Part shown: positions 1 to 12,802 of the stretch, one piece after another
Layout of the letters: each line of letters starts with the position of its first letter
Numbering within the stretch: the first letter of the stretch is position 1
NCBI GenBank assembly: GCA_964016885.1
Contig: OZ024747.1
Location: 63,612,001 to 63,676,000 of the forward strand
Source: Eledone cirrhosa
Lineage: Eukaryota
DNA: 64,000 nt
Direction of reading: 5' to 3'
Position numbers and translations under genes: made by a program
Notes under the pieces: model-generated
The model's input: the letters and a program-made list of their open reading frames with translations, nothing else
The model's database searches: none
What the model was told of the DNA's origin: nothing

Positions 1-225
1 TGCCAGTAAAATGTGTCCAGCGATTCTTTCCTGTGACATTCTAACCACATGCTGCCCCATAATATAGGAGCTATGATCTCTCAATTTGGAGAAGTAGCTA
101 CTCTACAAAGAGTGACTCTCTGGGCTACAAACTCTATCAAGTAACGTTTGGAGGAACCCCATTTCGGCTACTTGTATTTGTGATCATATTCTTTTAGTCA
201 TTACCTAAGATTCATGACCATCTTG
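1..225 (-). mobile_element. RTE-clade LINE fragment, family 1
   Basis: Homologous to 11310-11430 (tgtccagcgattctttcctg...accacatg...gatctctcaatt). Confidence 0.65.
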
Positions 226-495
226 GAATGATACTATATGACATAGAAAATAATTGCAACAGAATTCAAATGCACTAAAGAATTTAATGAAATGCATTAT
301 TTCGTACATTAGTTTATAATTAGAAACATTTGCAGCAGGAATTTAAAGGAATTGTTTCCACACAGAATGTTTCTTAGTTAAATGAATTGGAACTTCATAT
401 CAATTGTATTTTCTATATCCCTGAATTGATTAAAACATACTATGAGGAATTCCAAACTGTTATTGAATATCATTGCTTAACATTATTTGGTTAAC

Positions 496-687
496 AGGGC
501 GATGGATTGGCAGTATCGGTAGAGGGTCGGATGCCATGCTTTGATGCATAGAGTTACGGCCCTTGGCATTCTGAGTTCAAATCTCACCGAAGTTAACTTT
601 GCCTTTCATCCTTACGGGGTCGATAAAATAAAGTACCAGTAATACACTGGGTAATTGCTGGCTTTGTGCCAAATGTAGAAACAATTA
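496..687 (+). mobile_element. tRNA-derived SINE family A
   Basis: A box TGGCAGTATCGG, B box GAGTTCAAATC, central gcctttcatccttacggggtcgataaaataaagtacc, end gtagaaacaatta; more than 12 copies in window. Confidence 0.9.
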
Positions 688-906
688 CTCCAAAGACCCT
701 TCGGAAGAACCCCACTTCAACCACTTGTATTGACATGCAATTTGTCAGGCCTGTTTTTTTCTTTAGTAAAAACATTAGCATGGCTTATATGTGGGCCTAC
801 AAGTTGATACATAAATACATGGTTTAAACAGCCAAAGAGAGAACAGTCAAAATGTGACAACCCTTATACCTATTAAAAATAACTTGGCCTTCTATTTTAA
901 GAGTAC

Positions 907-938
<32 letters not shown>

Positions 939-1946
939 ACCACCACCACCACCACTACTTCTACACACTTAGTATCCAAAAGCAGTTTTGTTGTCCCATG
1001 CAGAATTTCCCTTAGAAGCCCTGTCCCCAAGTGTAAATGATAATTTTTTTTTATGGGAACTCCATGTTTCAATGAATTGCAAGTCAGAAAACAACCTTAA
1101 ATTATTTCATGTAAGGGGCATGAGTCCCCTATCAATCATGACTGACCGTGTGTTTGTATCTGGAAATTTGTTCTCCAAAACTGCCCTGGCAAAGTGTTTT
1201 GTGGAAGACTAACATCTATGCATGCATGTTAGTCACACCTCTCTATAATGCTTAGGGAAAAGCCAAGGCTGATACAGCTTGACATAATGTGCTGCCCAGT
1301 TTGGGAATTAAATTCACAACCATATGATCCTGAACCAAATACTCTAACCACTAATCAATATTAGTATGATCCCCCTAAACAGCTGCCTTTGTCTTTCACT
1401 AAACTTCTTAAAAATATACATTTTTTTCTACACTACGTTAATTCTATAGATAAATTAACTATTTTGGTTACTATGATTTTGAATAGATGACTAAAATCGA
1501 TATAGTGTTTGAGAACTCTGACAAAAATACAATGTGGTGTACAAGAATAGCCTCATATAGATTTCGATAGAAACTAAAATATATAATCCCCTGAACTGTA
1601 CAAAGAAAAAACAAAAGAATTTCATCAATATGTTACAGAAGACTTCCATTGTTGAGTATCTTTATTCTATTTGACAATCTTCTGGCAGCAAAATTAGTTT
1701 AATCCGGAATAAACCAATCTCCTAGTCCTGATTTTGGAACACCAAGAATTATTTCCCTTTCATTGAATAGAACTTTACAAAAGTTCTTTGTTAGAGAAGC
1801 CTTTAAGTGACTGGTTGAGAATTGATTATTTTGAAGTATTTTTCGTTTATCCCTTTCTTTACCAAATCTCTAATCAAACATATTATATATCAATTCAGAA
1901 AAAATTTGGAGGAATTTAGAAAAATTATTAAATATTTCATTATTAA

Positions 1947-2169
1947 CCTTTAGGCATTTAAACTGGCTATATCTGGCCTGAATTCTCTCATCTCTTTCTG
2001 TTCAAACCAGCTGTAACTGGCCACTCATACTGATGTCAAGGTATTTTTCTCAAAATAAATAATATCAAAATAATCATAGATTCAATATTATGTGAGATAG
2101 TTATGCGAGGTAAAGCTTTTACTGCGAAAATGCAAGAGTAATATATAGAGTAATGTAAATGCTAAAGGG
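1947..2169. mobile_element. TTAA-flanked piggyBac-type MITE
   Basis: ttaa|cctttaggcattta ... taaatgctaaaggg|ttaa; homologues at 31513 and 40870. Confidence 0.75.
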
Positions 2170-2658
2170 TTAAGATAGTTTTTACTACATAATTCAACAA
2201 AATGTTCTTATATAAAGTTATGCTGGAGGATTTTAATTTCAATGAGATGGTCAGTAATGTGTATGATTTATTTCCATATTTTGTAAAAGGTATTTATTAT
2301 AATATAATGTATAAAGGGTAAAGAACCCCTTCGGTCACGAATGACCAAGTGATATGCAACTATAAAGTTCCCCTCCGAAGCACAAGTCTGGGCAAAGTTG
2401 TTTGTGGAAGACCAGTAGTCACCAATGCATACCAGTCAGATGGTGTTCAAGGGAAAGGCAATGGCTGATATAGGTTAGCACCAGTGATGTCACAACTCAT
2501 TTCTACAGCTGAGTAAACTGGAGCAACGGGAAATAAAGTGTCATGCTCAAGGACACAATACCTCACCTATTCTGAGAGCAACTGGTTATGGCCAGTTTCA
2601 ACAGGAAGTGTTGAAAGAATTGTGGCCGGATATAGTCAGTTTAAATGCTAAAGGGTTA

Positions 2659-2862
2659 AGGGAGGTGGATTGGCAGCATTGGTAGAGCATGGAAAACCAG
2701 GCTTTGCAACATAGAATTACATCTCTTTACATTCTGAGTTCAAATCCCGCTGGAATTATCTTTGCATTTTACCCGTATGGGATCGATAAAATAAGTACCA
2801 GTAATGCTCTGGGGTTGATTTAATCGATTTTCCCCTCTCCCTTGTGCTTATAGTAGAAATCC
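2659..2862 (+). mobile_element. SINE family A, older long variant
   Basis: ggattggcagcattggtagag...gagttcaaatcccg...gatcgataaaataagtaccag. Confidence 0.8.
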
Positions 2863-2989
2863 TTATATATTATAAGTATTGGTTAGAACATCTCTAGGGA
2901 GGCCATCAATAAGAACAACCCCAGTGGACCCTATGACTTATTTGGTGGTGTCAACCTGTAAATTTGGTATATACCTAACATTATACTTT

Positions 2990-3172
2990 TGTGGCAATAT
3001 CGGTATAGGGTCGGACACCATGCTTTATAGCAAAGTGTTACGGCCCTTTATGGTCTGAGTTCAAATGCCGCTGAGGTTAACTTTGCCTTTCATCCTTACG
3101 GGGTCGATAAAATAAAGTACCAGTAACACACTGGGATAAATTGCTGGCCTTGGGCCAAAAGTAGAAACAATT
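2990..3172 (+). mobile_element. SINE family A
   Basis: Near-identical to 496-687. Confidence 0.9.
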
Positions 3173-3664
3173 ATACTTTTCAGCTAATAATATTACAATG
3201 AATTTGTACACTGAAGTTCACTGCATAACTAAAAGTAGCTAAATACAGAAAAAAATATTTAACTCTTAATGATTTAGCTGAAAATATCTGAAAACTAGTT
3301 TGTTAATTTATATGTTTATATTATCTTTACTAGGGGACAGATAGTTGTAAAAATTTACAGTAAACTAACGACTTTAATTTTTATAGTGATATAGACATAG
3401 TGCTGGTGTGTATATTTCATGTATGTCGGGTAAACGTAACTTCATGTAATTTGTTTACTCAAATATATATATATATTTTTTCAATATGCAATATACAGTA
3501 AAGTATTGATTAAATAGCAACTAAAGTTGAGTAATTTAATTACTTACTTAATGTCTTGCTGGAGTCTTGCATGTCATGTTGTGTCTTAAAGCAAAACTTC
3601 AATAGATCAATCAGGCAAAGATTTTACTTTCTTCTACCTTTGCAAGTCGGTTACTGACATTTTT

Positions 3665-3729
<65 letters not shown>

Positions 3730-4152
3730 AACCCGTGCTAGCAGGGGAATGGATGCTAAATGATGATGGTGATGATATGTGTGTATGTGAGTGAGTTTAT
3801 ATATTAAAAGAAATTGACTTTTCCATTTACAAATTGTAGAATACAAACAAATAAGTCTTTGAAATTGGTCAAATTAAAACTGTATTCTTTGTCAAATTTA
3901 ATCTAGTTCAGACTTAATTCTACTCAAATTGTCAAAGAACAAAACAAGGTTACTGAGTGCAAAAATTTCTTATTTTTCTTTCTTTTCATTATAATGATTC
4001 TTTGTAACTAGATTTTATTCTAGTGCCATGACATAGACATTTATTTTGCATAATAGAAAGATTCTTGTGAAGATTTATTGAAAGCACTGATTGCATTCTA
4101 TTGAGAATTTCTCCTGCTGAATAAATTCAACAGGATAACTACAGATATTTAA

Positions 4153-4413
4153 CCCTTTCATTACCATATTTCTAATAAAGGAAACTGCTTAGGTATTTCA
4201 ATTTATTTTAAAATAATCAATCTTTGAAAGAATTTAGTAAAATAAAAACTTTCATTAAGTTAGTGTTTGAAAAATAACTTTACATTTCTTACATAAAATT
4301 ATAATAGAGTGTTTGAATTATAATAGAATGCTTGAATTTGAATATAAATTCTTTCAAATTAGAGGCTTTTCTATTACAAAGCTAGCAGTGGTATATGGTT
4401 GGTGTTAAAAGGG
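4153..4413. mobile_element. TTAA-flanked MITE, second family
   Basis: ttaa|ccctttcattacc ... ggtgttaaaaggg|ttaa. Confidence 0.7.
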
Positions 4414-4890
4414 TTAACAAAATAAAAGATTCTAACTTCTACCGTAATGTCAGCATCTTTAGTTTCTCTATTTTAAGAACAAAGAAAACAACAATATTAA
4501 TATTGTATAAACACAAGACCAGAAATAATGGGGGTGAGGTGTAATCAATAAAATCTATTCTAGAACTTGATTGGTACTTAATTTATTTTATCAACCCTAG
4601 AAGGATGAAAGGCAAAATTGACATTGATACATACACACGCTTGTGTGTATGTAAACATTTGAATTAGGAATCCTGTTCTGATATATTTTTCAATACATCA
4701 TAGACGAGTGATATCATATATCAATATATTCTTTTAACAAAATGACGAAGTGAATATATATATATATATGTTTTTGACTGCAGCATATCACATAGACATA
4801 AATTCATCCAATAAAATCACACCCATACCAAAGGAAATGTAACTACAGCATCTTAAATTGCATAAGGGTCGCCATAGAACTAATTATAAT

Positions 4891-5070
4891 TGTTTCTACT
4901 TTGGGCACAAAGCCAGCAATTACCCAGTATATTACTGGTACTTTATTTTATCGACGGTGAAAGGCAAAGTTAACGTCGGTGGGATTTGAACTCAGAACGT
5001 AAAGGCCCGTAACTCCATGCTGCAAAGCACGGTGTCCAACCCTCTACCAATACTGCCAATCCATCGCCCA
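4891..5070 (-). mobile_element. SINE family A with 19-bp TSD
   Basis: CCATAGAACTAATTATAAT at 4872-4890 and 5072-5090. Confidence 0.9.
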
Positions 5071-5151
5071 TCCATAGAACTAATTATAATGAATAAACAT
5101 TTTATGTAAACACACTATCTTTCTTAATGTTATTCTTATATATATATATTC

Positions 5152-5188
<37 letters not shown>

Positions 5189-5298
5189 GTAATAATAATA
5201 AATTTGAAGACTAAAATCCAAAGAGAGCTCGATAAGGATAAATATATATCAAATATATAAGAACCGTAGAGCAAATATTTATTAAAATAACAGATTAA

Positions 5299-5349
5299 AG
5301 TTTAAGCAAAGAATCGCTGCTTTCAACCTTAACGGGATCTTCTGAAACT
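5299..5349 (-). ncRNA. Type I hammerhead-like motif (variant core CAGAAGA)
   Basis: Minus strand AGTTT-CAGAAGA-TCCCGTTAAGGTT-GAAA-GCAGCGATTCTTTGC-TT-AAACT. Confidence 0.5.
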
Positions 5350-6363
5350 AAAAAAGTCAATGTGTGAACGCAGAAGTGAATATTTCAAAAAACGTTGCAA
5401 CCGGAGGAAGATAGGAAGACGATACTTTGGTTCGTGGAAACGTTCCCTGGCAAAGAACGGGAAAAAACGAATATAATACGTCATTATTTGGAGCGGTGAA
5501 AAACAATTACACGCAAAGACAGAACCACGTTTATGGTATAAAAGAAGTTGTAGACTAATATTCTATTAGGTGGTTCATAGAGACGTTCTCTGGCAATGAA
5601 CGGAAAAAAACGAAGATAATACGTCATATGTGGAGCTGGAAGAACAATTGCACACAAAGACAAAACCACGTAAATGGTATAACTGAAGTCGTAGACTAAA
5701 ATTCTAACTAGGAAAGCGAATGATTCTCGGCTTCAGAGTTAAGAATAAAGTAAATAAAATACAGAGGTAATTCAAATTAAATAAATACATACAGGCATCC
5801 ATATACGTACATACACAAGCATACGCGAAAACACTCGCCATAGGTATACAAATACACGCACGTACACACACAAAAAAAACAAAAAAAAACCACGCAATAC
5901 CTGTACCCGCATGCATACGAATGTATACACCAAATACACATAAAAATATATATAAAAATAAAAATATATATATATATGTGTGTGTGTGTGCGTGTATACA
6001 TATAATTAAATAAACATATATAAATAAATAAATACGTATATAACAAGCGCACACAGATACCTACATGTAAATACACATATGTTCGAAGACGTACGTCAAG
6101 CAAAACACAAAGTACACATATACACACACCCTACATACGTATGAACCCGCATACTCACACAGACGCAAAATTCAGGTATACACATAACTAAAAGCATATG
6201 TACCAGAATATATAATATATACGCCATAACATATACAATCAAATATACGTACGAGAAAGTATACGTACCTTCACAAAACATACCAAAGTATCATCTTTCT
6301 GTCTTCCTCCGTTTGCAACGTTTTTTGAAATATTCCCTTCTGCGTTCACAGATTGACTTTGTT

Positions 6364-6414
6364 AGTTTCAGAAGATCCCATTAAGGGTGAAAGCAGCGAT
6401 TCTTTGCTTAAACT
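6364..6414 (+). ncRNA. Type I hammerhead-like motif (variant core CAGAAGA)
   Basis: Stem I AGTTT/AAACT, stem II CCC-ATTAA-GGG, GAAA, stem III AGCA/TGCT. Confidence 0.55.
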
Positions 6415-6543
6415 TTAATCTGTTATTTCAATAAATATATATATATATATATATATCTTCACTCACAGGTTGTTACACTATATCTACTACAGATGCTTCA
6501 TAGTACACATGAGCAGAACAATGACTCCTGCTTTTAATATTTA

Positions 6544-6583
<40 letters not shown>

Positions 6584-7161
6584 CTGGAGAATAAACCTCC
6601 AGGTGTTCTGATATAACATAAATTACCTCTAATAATTTCATATGAAACAGAAATCATAATGAAAATTACTATAAATGCAATTATATTTTACTAATTAAAT
6701 CTGCAGATATGGTATCGACTATAAAATATCTATTATATACATTTATGTTTGCAAGGTGTAAATAGCAGTGTTTGTTTAATATCACGTAATTAAAATAATT
6801 TAAAATATATTAATTAGTATCGGAATGGTATTTCTTTATTTAATGATGGAGTTGTTTCCATGGTTATGGGCATCATTTTGTCAATTGAATACCAGGGGAC
6901 AGTTCAGAAACATCAGAATTCAGAATCAAAGGTAAACTAAATGTAATATCTAATTAGTTAATTAGATTCGATGATATGTTACTTATCAATTTCTAACCAT
7001 TTGCATCAATTTACTTTAAACTTGTATGATGATGATGATGATGATGATGCTCATCATCATCATCATAGTCATTATTATTTTTATTGTTACATGTCTGATT
7101 TTTTTTTCAATTCTGGCATGGGTTGGATGACACGTTTTGAGGCAATGCACTATGGCCAAAT

Positions 7162-7345
7162 GCAGGGCCAGACTTAGGGCCTTGAGGCACTTCAGGTTTG
7201 GGGGGGGGGGGGGGGGGGCTCATAAAAAAAATTAGAATGCGTACCAACCCCCCAATTTTACATATCAAAGTCAGATGGCACAAATAATTCGAATTGAAAA
7301 TTTATATATGCAAGAATTACATTTAAAAAAAATCTAACCATCCTC
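7162..7345. mobile_element. Truncated hAT-type MITE, family of 63636-63932
   Basis: cagggccagactta...cttcaggtttggg...attagaat...ccaattttacatatcaaag. Confidence 0.6.
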
Positions 7346-7571
7346 ATTTTACGTCCTCTTTTCACACTGGCGTGTGTTAGACAGGCTCTCACAGGCTGAG
7401 ACCAGACATGTTGGAGCCACCTCATCTGGTTCATGCATTATATATTTGGCATGGTTTCTATGGCTTAATGCCCTTTCTAACATAACTACTTTAGAGTGTT
7501 TACTGAGAGCATTGATGAGGTCTGGGATCTTGGTGATCAACTGTCAATATATATATATATATAATATTATT

Positions 7572-7760
7572 ATGGATTGGCAGTATCGGTAGAGGGTCGG
7601 ACACCATGCTTTGACGCATAGAGTTACGGCCCTTGCCATTCTGAGTTCAAATCCCGCCGAGGTTAACTTTGCCTTTCATCCTTACGGGGTCGATAAAATA
7701 AAGTACCAGTAATGCCCTGGGATAATTGCTGGCCTTGTGCCAAACGTAGAAACAATTATT
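7572..7760 (+). mobile_element. SINE family A
   Basis: Near-identical to 22481-22672. Confidence 0.9.
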
Positions 7761-7920
7761 ATTAACGATATTGTTATTATTAAGTTGAAACTTTACCAGA
7801 AGGTTATAAGCTCGATGCAATGAAGTTCACGCAGAGCTGATATATAGTATTTATAGAAATCAGTAAAGAATCAATGTTTTCAAAGGCAATCATTCTTTGG
7901 TGTTTTTTATAAATATTATA

Positions 7921-7958
<38 letters not shown>

Positions 7959-7960
7959 AT

Positions 7961-8263
7961 GGAGGCTCATGGCTTAGTGGTTAGAGCATTGGGCTTGCAA
8001 TCGAATGGTTGTGAGTTCAATTCTCAGACCGGGTGATGTGTTGTTTCCTTGAGCAAGACACTTTATTTCACATTGCTCCAGTTTACTCAGGTGTAGAAAT
8101 GAGATGATAGGGACTGGGGTCCCTATCATTCCACTGCAAAGTGGTCGTGGAGGTGCCACGGCAAAAAAGCACCCAGCACTCACTGTAAATGAGGTTGGTG
8201 TTAGGAAGGGCATGCAGCTGTAGAAATCAAGCCAGAATCAGTCCCCGTCCCACCCTTGCAAGC

Positions 8264-8294
<31 letters not shown>
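7961..8294 (+). mobile_element. tRNA-derived SINE family B with (TGA)n tail
   Basis: A box TGGCTTAGTGG, B box GAGTTCAATTC, ccttgagcaagacactttatttcac central domain, ggtgttaggaagggcat 3' module. Confidence 0.9.
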
Positions 8295-8295
<1 letters not shown>

Positions 8296-8713
8296 ATATA
8301 TATATATTATATATGTATGTATTTAAACTTAAGAAAATTAACAAAGAGAGGACAAGATAAAGAACAAAAAATATTTTTTTAAGGAGAATGTTAAAAAAAT
8401 TATCTAAAAAATAAAAATAGAAATAAAGGATACAGAACTCGTGGGTCATCGCCATTGAAGCGGTCTTTGGCAGTTTTGACCCCTACAAATGATGTTGCTA
8501 GTCCACCTGGGGTCACAGTGTCTGACGCAAGCTAAACCCTATATATATATATACTCATTAAAGTATGTTACCAAGCACTTAAATCATAATTTCATTTACA
8601 ATTGTATCATCCTCGTGGGATTTATCAAAATTGATTATTTTATAAATAATTACCTCAACAATTCCATTTTTTTAAATGCACAATGCATTCCGTAGATTTT
8701 TGTTTACATTCCG

Positions 8714-8765
<52 letters not shown>

Positions 8766-11121
8766 CAGATATAGCCACCATAGGCAGAGGCATGTCTGTG
8801 TGGGTAAGTTTGCTTTGTAAATATTAGGTTTGAGGTTCTATCTCAGCATAGTCTAGTGCAATGTGTATATGTATGTGTAACTGAAAACTGATTGCAATGT
8901 TTACATATTCATTTATAAATTGATTCTCTAAAATGTAACACCAGGTATTGTGAGAAGGAATTAGTTGCTACTTCATATAAAATATATACAGTAGTTCTAT
9001 ACGCAGTAGTTAGTATATTCAAGTAAAATCTTTAGGAAAATTCATTGCATAGAATATTCATATAATTTATTACTATTATAAAATGACTATGCAACTTCTA
9101 AATTTTTTGGGGGTAATTCGCTGATGTTTTCTGTTTAATATTCCACCAAAGTAGAATTTCTTTCAGACTAAAACTTTTATATTTTGATTTAGCAGTGATG
9201 ATCTAATTGAAGATGTTTAGTCTGTGAATATATTTATTTGTTTATTTATTTAATTATTTATTAATTATGAAGTGATATACTTTTATACATTACATATCAC
9301 AGCATGTGATCTAATCCATTTTGTGTATTTAAACACAATTTCTATTTTAAACTTTTGAAATTTTCTGAGTTAAAATGCAAATTAGAAAGCATGTGTAACT
9401 TGTAATTAATGAAGTTTAATACTTGTAATTAATGAAGTTTAATACTTGAGTTGTAATAAAGTAATCACACGTTGTCTACTCTAGTCACATGTTCTCTTGT
9501 CCATGTAGATTGCATTGTAAAGCATTGTGTTATATAATAGAAACTGTGTGCTATTATATTGAGAATAGATAGCGTCAATAAATTAGAAATTACACTCTAC
9601 ATCATCATCATCACTATCATCATATTCACCATCAACATAATCATCATCATATAGTTTCATACTATAGATCCTGCAACACACATATATAATATATATGTAT
9701 ATATATATATATATATGATTTAACAAATATTACTTCGTGCATAGTCCAGAAATCTAACTAAATAAAAGGGGTCCTTTGGGACTCCATGGCCTTTTGAGTA
9801 AATTCCAACACTGCTATCCCATGAAGGGTTAATTTCCTCTTTCCCTGCTAGAAAGAGTTGGATGGGTCTTCACAGATCGAGTCACTACTGAAGAGGGTCT
9901 ATTGACATCCCAGACAGGCTGGAAGCCCAGATTCTTGCATACATAGTGTTCCATGCTCTACCAAGTGCATTTTCTCATGGCACAAGCACTAGGAAGATTG
10001 TTGTGCTTTGACACAACTAAAGAGACCTTCAAATCCTTTCTTTGGCAAGTGTTCTATGGCTGGATGTCATTCCTATCAGCAATTACTTTACAGCATGTAC
10101 TGGGTGAGCTTAGTATATAAATCAGCACAGAATATAAATTATATGTCCTACATCTTGTTAAACCTTTAAAATCTGATGTCACCCCACCCATTAAAATGTT
10201 TTATTTGGTAGGTCAGGATCAGATCAAAGTCAATGAGTTCTAAAACACTAGACTGTTGTCCAGGTAATATAGTCTGTATATTAAAGGGACACCTGAATGG
10301 ACGTAACTTATCATGTGCCACAAGGAACATTAAGTCAGTAAACTCTCTGTTCAAATTCCAGGAGACCACCATTTAAAAGTATGGCCAGTTCCTGCCATGT
10401 GCAGTCATAATAACTCCTTACTTCTAAAAGAACAATAGAAACATGTGCCAGAATATCACAGTGTGTGCAGTTCCCAATGCAGGGCATCCCTATGAGAATC
10501 AAGGAAAACATTAATTCAATCTGCAAAAAAGAAAGATAAATAAGAGAACATGATAAAAATCACAACAATGCCTTCTAAAAAAACTGAATCTAAGGCAAAC
10601 TGTAAAATAAGCAGTGATCTGTTGTACACAGATGTGTCTGGTTGATTTACACTTTGGGAAGTTTTCACTTTGAAATATTGATCCAGAAGTAACTATTCTA
10701 TGGTTGGCTGTCAAACACTGAATCTCCCTGAGAATTATGTTGTGTACACATGCCTCAGAAAAACCCCACCCATTTATGCATTAACTCAACATCTGTTAAT
10801 GATTATGAAGAAAATATCTAAAACGAGTTTACTAATTCAAATATTTACAGTATCTTTCCCTACAGGACAGATTCATTGTGCAAGTTTATTTTATTCAAGT
10901 CAAGACGTTACTGTTTATTGTGATGCACTCGATGCTGTTTCATATTTGAACAGCTTGCTAATGCAGTTTCATGTGGTACAGAACATTAAGAGTTAATTTA
11001 ACCATTTTGACACCAACCTGGCCAGATCAAGCTCTGGTCCCATGAAACAAGACCACACGTTTTTAAGTGTTTCAATTTAAATAAAACTATTTTCCAACAT
11101 ATTTTTATTTTGATAAAATAA

Positions 11122-11435
11122 CTTCTTCTTCTTCTTCCACTTATTCCTGAGAGGGTCGTCGGGGCAGAGTCCTCAAACACTCCTTCCACTGGGTCTTGTC
11201 AGAAGCAACCATCTCCAACTGGTCTGGCTGGATCCCCAAGTGAGTCTAACTGAGCTCATGGATGTTATCCAGCCATCTTGCTCAGGGTCTAGCCCTGGGG
11301 CTCTTGCCTGTTGGTTTTGCCTGTAAAATCTGTCCAGCGATTCTTTCCTGAGATATTCTTACCACATGCCCATAGTATTGAAGCTGTGATCTCTCAATTC
11401 GGAGAATTAGCAGCTCTGCCTGGCATGACTCTCCG
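11122..11435 (-). mobile_element. RTE-clade LINE 3' end, family 1, (GAA)n tail, nested in a TTAA MITE (~11019-11580)
   Basis: Minus strand reads IERSQLQYYGHVVRISQERIAGQILQAKPTGKSPRARP*ARWLDNIH...WKECLRTLP. Confidence 0.85.
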
Positions 11436-11659
11436 CTCTCCGAGTTACGTACATTACCAACCTTATATTAAATTTTCTATCTTTGTCATGACATAATATT
11501 TTTAGTAAATACCTTAAAATTCTTCATTAATTAATTGAAATATGGGGAAATTCATTAGAAATACAGCCATTAAAATGTTATGAAGTAAGCTGTGTTTTTG
11601 ACTAAAGACCTGGAACATTCATTGTTGAAACCAACAAAGGGGTAGGATTGGCTGTCTGT

Positions 11660-12110
11660 ATGTGCGAGCCCCACAAGGTGGAGTGGCTGTTTCAGCACAT
11701 CTTCATCACCATCCTCCCAGGCAATGCATTCCTCATCCTATTTTTCTGGACCCTGTGACAGAGAGCAAGCTAGTTGGCGGTGGAGGATACTCACTTGACG
11801 TCACTTTCTGCAGCCGCAACCTGGTGCAGTGCGACTGACCCAGGTTCTGCTGCACGTCGGGCTGAGGGGGCCAAACTCCTCAAATACCAGTCGCTCTCCG
11901 ACAGGTTTGCGGTCGTTCCCCTGGCAGTGGAAACTTCTGGTGTCCTCGGCCCCAGGGCTACCTCCTTACTCACCACCATAGGTGCTGAGCTGGCCAGCTG
12001 TAGGTGTGAGCCCCGCGAGTTGGAGTGGCTTTTCCAGCGTGTCTCCCTTGCCAACCTCTGGGGAAACGCCTTCTCCATTCTGTCCGCCGGGGCTGTGGGT
12101 GGGCCCCATC
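11660..12110 (+). mobile_element. CRE-like non-LTR retrotransposon C-terminal RLE-region fragments (two tandem remnants)
   Basis: GSAARRAEGAKLLKYQSL...VPLAVETSGVLGP...WLFQRVSLANLWGNAFSIL; GC-rich; shorter remnants at 11665-11745 and 38585-38630. Confidence 0.8.
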
Positions 12111-12414
12111 GCATACCATTCTTTAGTTAAATACCATTCTTTCATCTCATACATATATATACTGACTTTATAAAGGTGGGTTTCATCACACCAATTATTA
12201 TATTTGACAACTAAAGTATATTTATATATGAAGTATTTCATTATTTTCATCTTGATGACTATGTTTCATTATTGTTGGTAAATAGTTAGTTAATGCTCTC
12301 TGTATTATATAAACAATAAAGTAACTATTGTTTGTTCATACTGAGAACATTTGACAGTTATTCACTCAGTAAATATAGCTTAGTTAAAAAATATTGACAT
12401 ATAAAAGGAATACA

Positions 12415-12604
12415 TATATCCTGTGGGAGCCCCTACATCGACACACTGGAAGAGGAAGACCAAGGTTAACGTATGTTGATGCCCTAAGAACAGACACTGG
12501 TCTGTTGGAGATGCAGGACATGGCAGCGATAATGAGGGACAGAGATCACTGGAGAGAACTCGTCCATGGATCTCGGGAATTTTACCCGCCCTAGATAGAT
12601 AGAT
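12415..12604 (+). mobile_element. RTE-type LINE 3' end, family 2
   Basis: [28 protein letters not shown]...[10 protein letters not shown], stop, (TAGA)n; copy at 58095. Confidence 0.85.
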
Positions 12605-12802
12605 ATATATCATCATCATCATACATCCATTCTTCCATGCTAGCATGAGTTATATATATAAGTAAGTATGTATGTATATATATATATGTATATATATATA
12701 CATACATGCATATGTGTATATATAATAATGGTTTCTTTATTTATTTATAATAATGATAAGGGTTTAGATCGATATTTATCTATCTATCTATCTATCTATA
12801 TA

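Larger units (their letters stand above)
5189..6437. mobile_element. Fold-back element with ~155-bp inverted arms, each containing a hammerhead-like motif (Penelope-like, non-autonomous)
   Basis: Arms ~5275-5430 and ~6282-6437 are reverse complements; internal ~140-bp direct repeats at 5445-5710; flanked by (TA)n. Confidence 0.7.

Noticed and set aside
6843-6931. Open segment ending in AAG|GTAAAC, possible exon
   Set aside because: No acceptor or homology evidence
7961-8035. tRNA gene
   Set aside because: A/B boxes present but it is a SINE head continuing into repeat body; no convincing acceptor stem
10871-10975. Possible upstream L27 exon (IHCASLFYSSQ...)
   Set aside because: Only faint resemblance to MPP7, weak donor (GTACAG), and a competing AG 5 nt upstream
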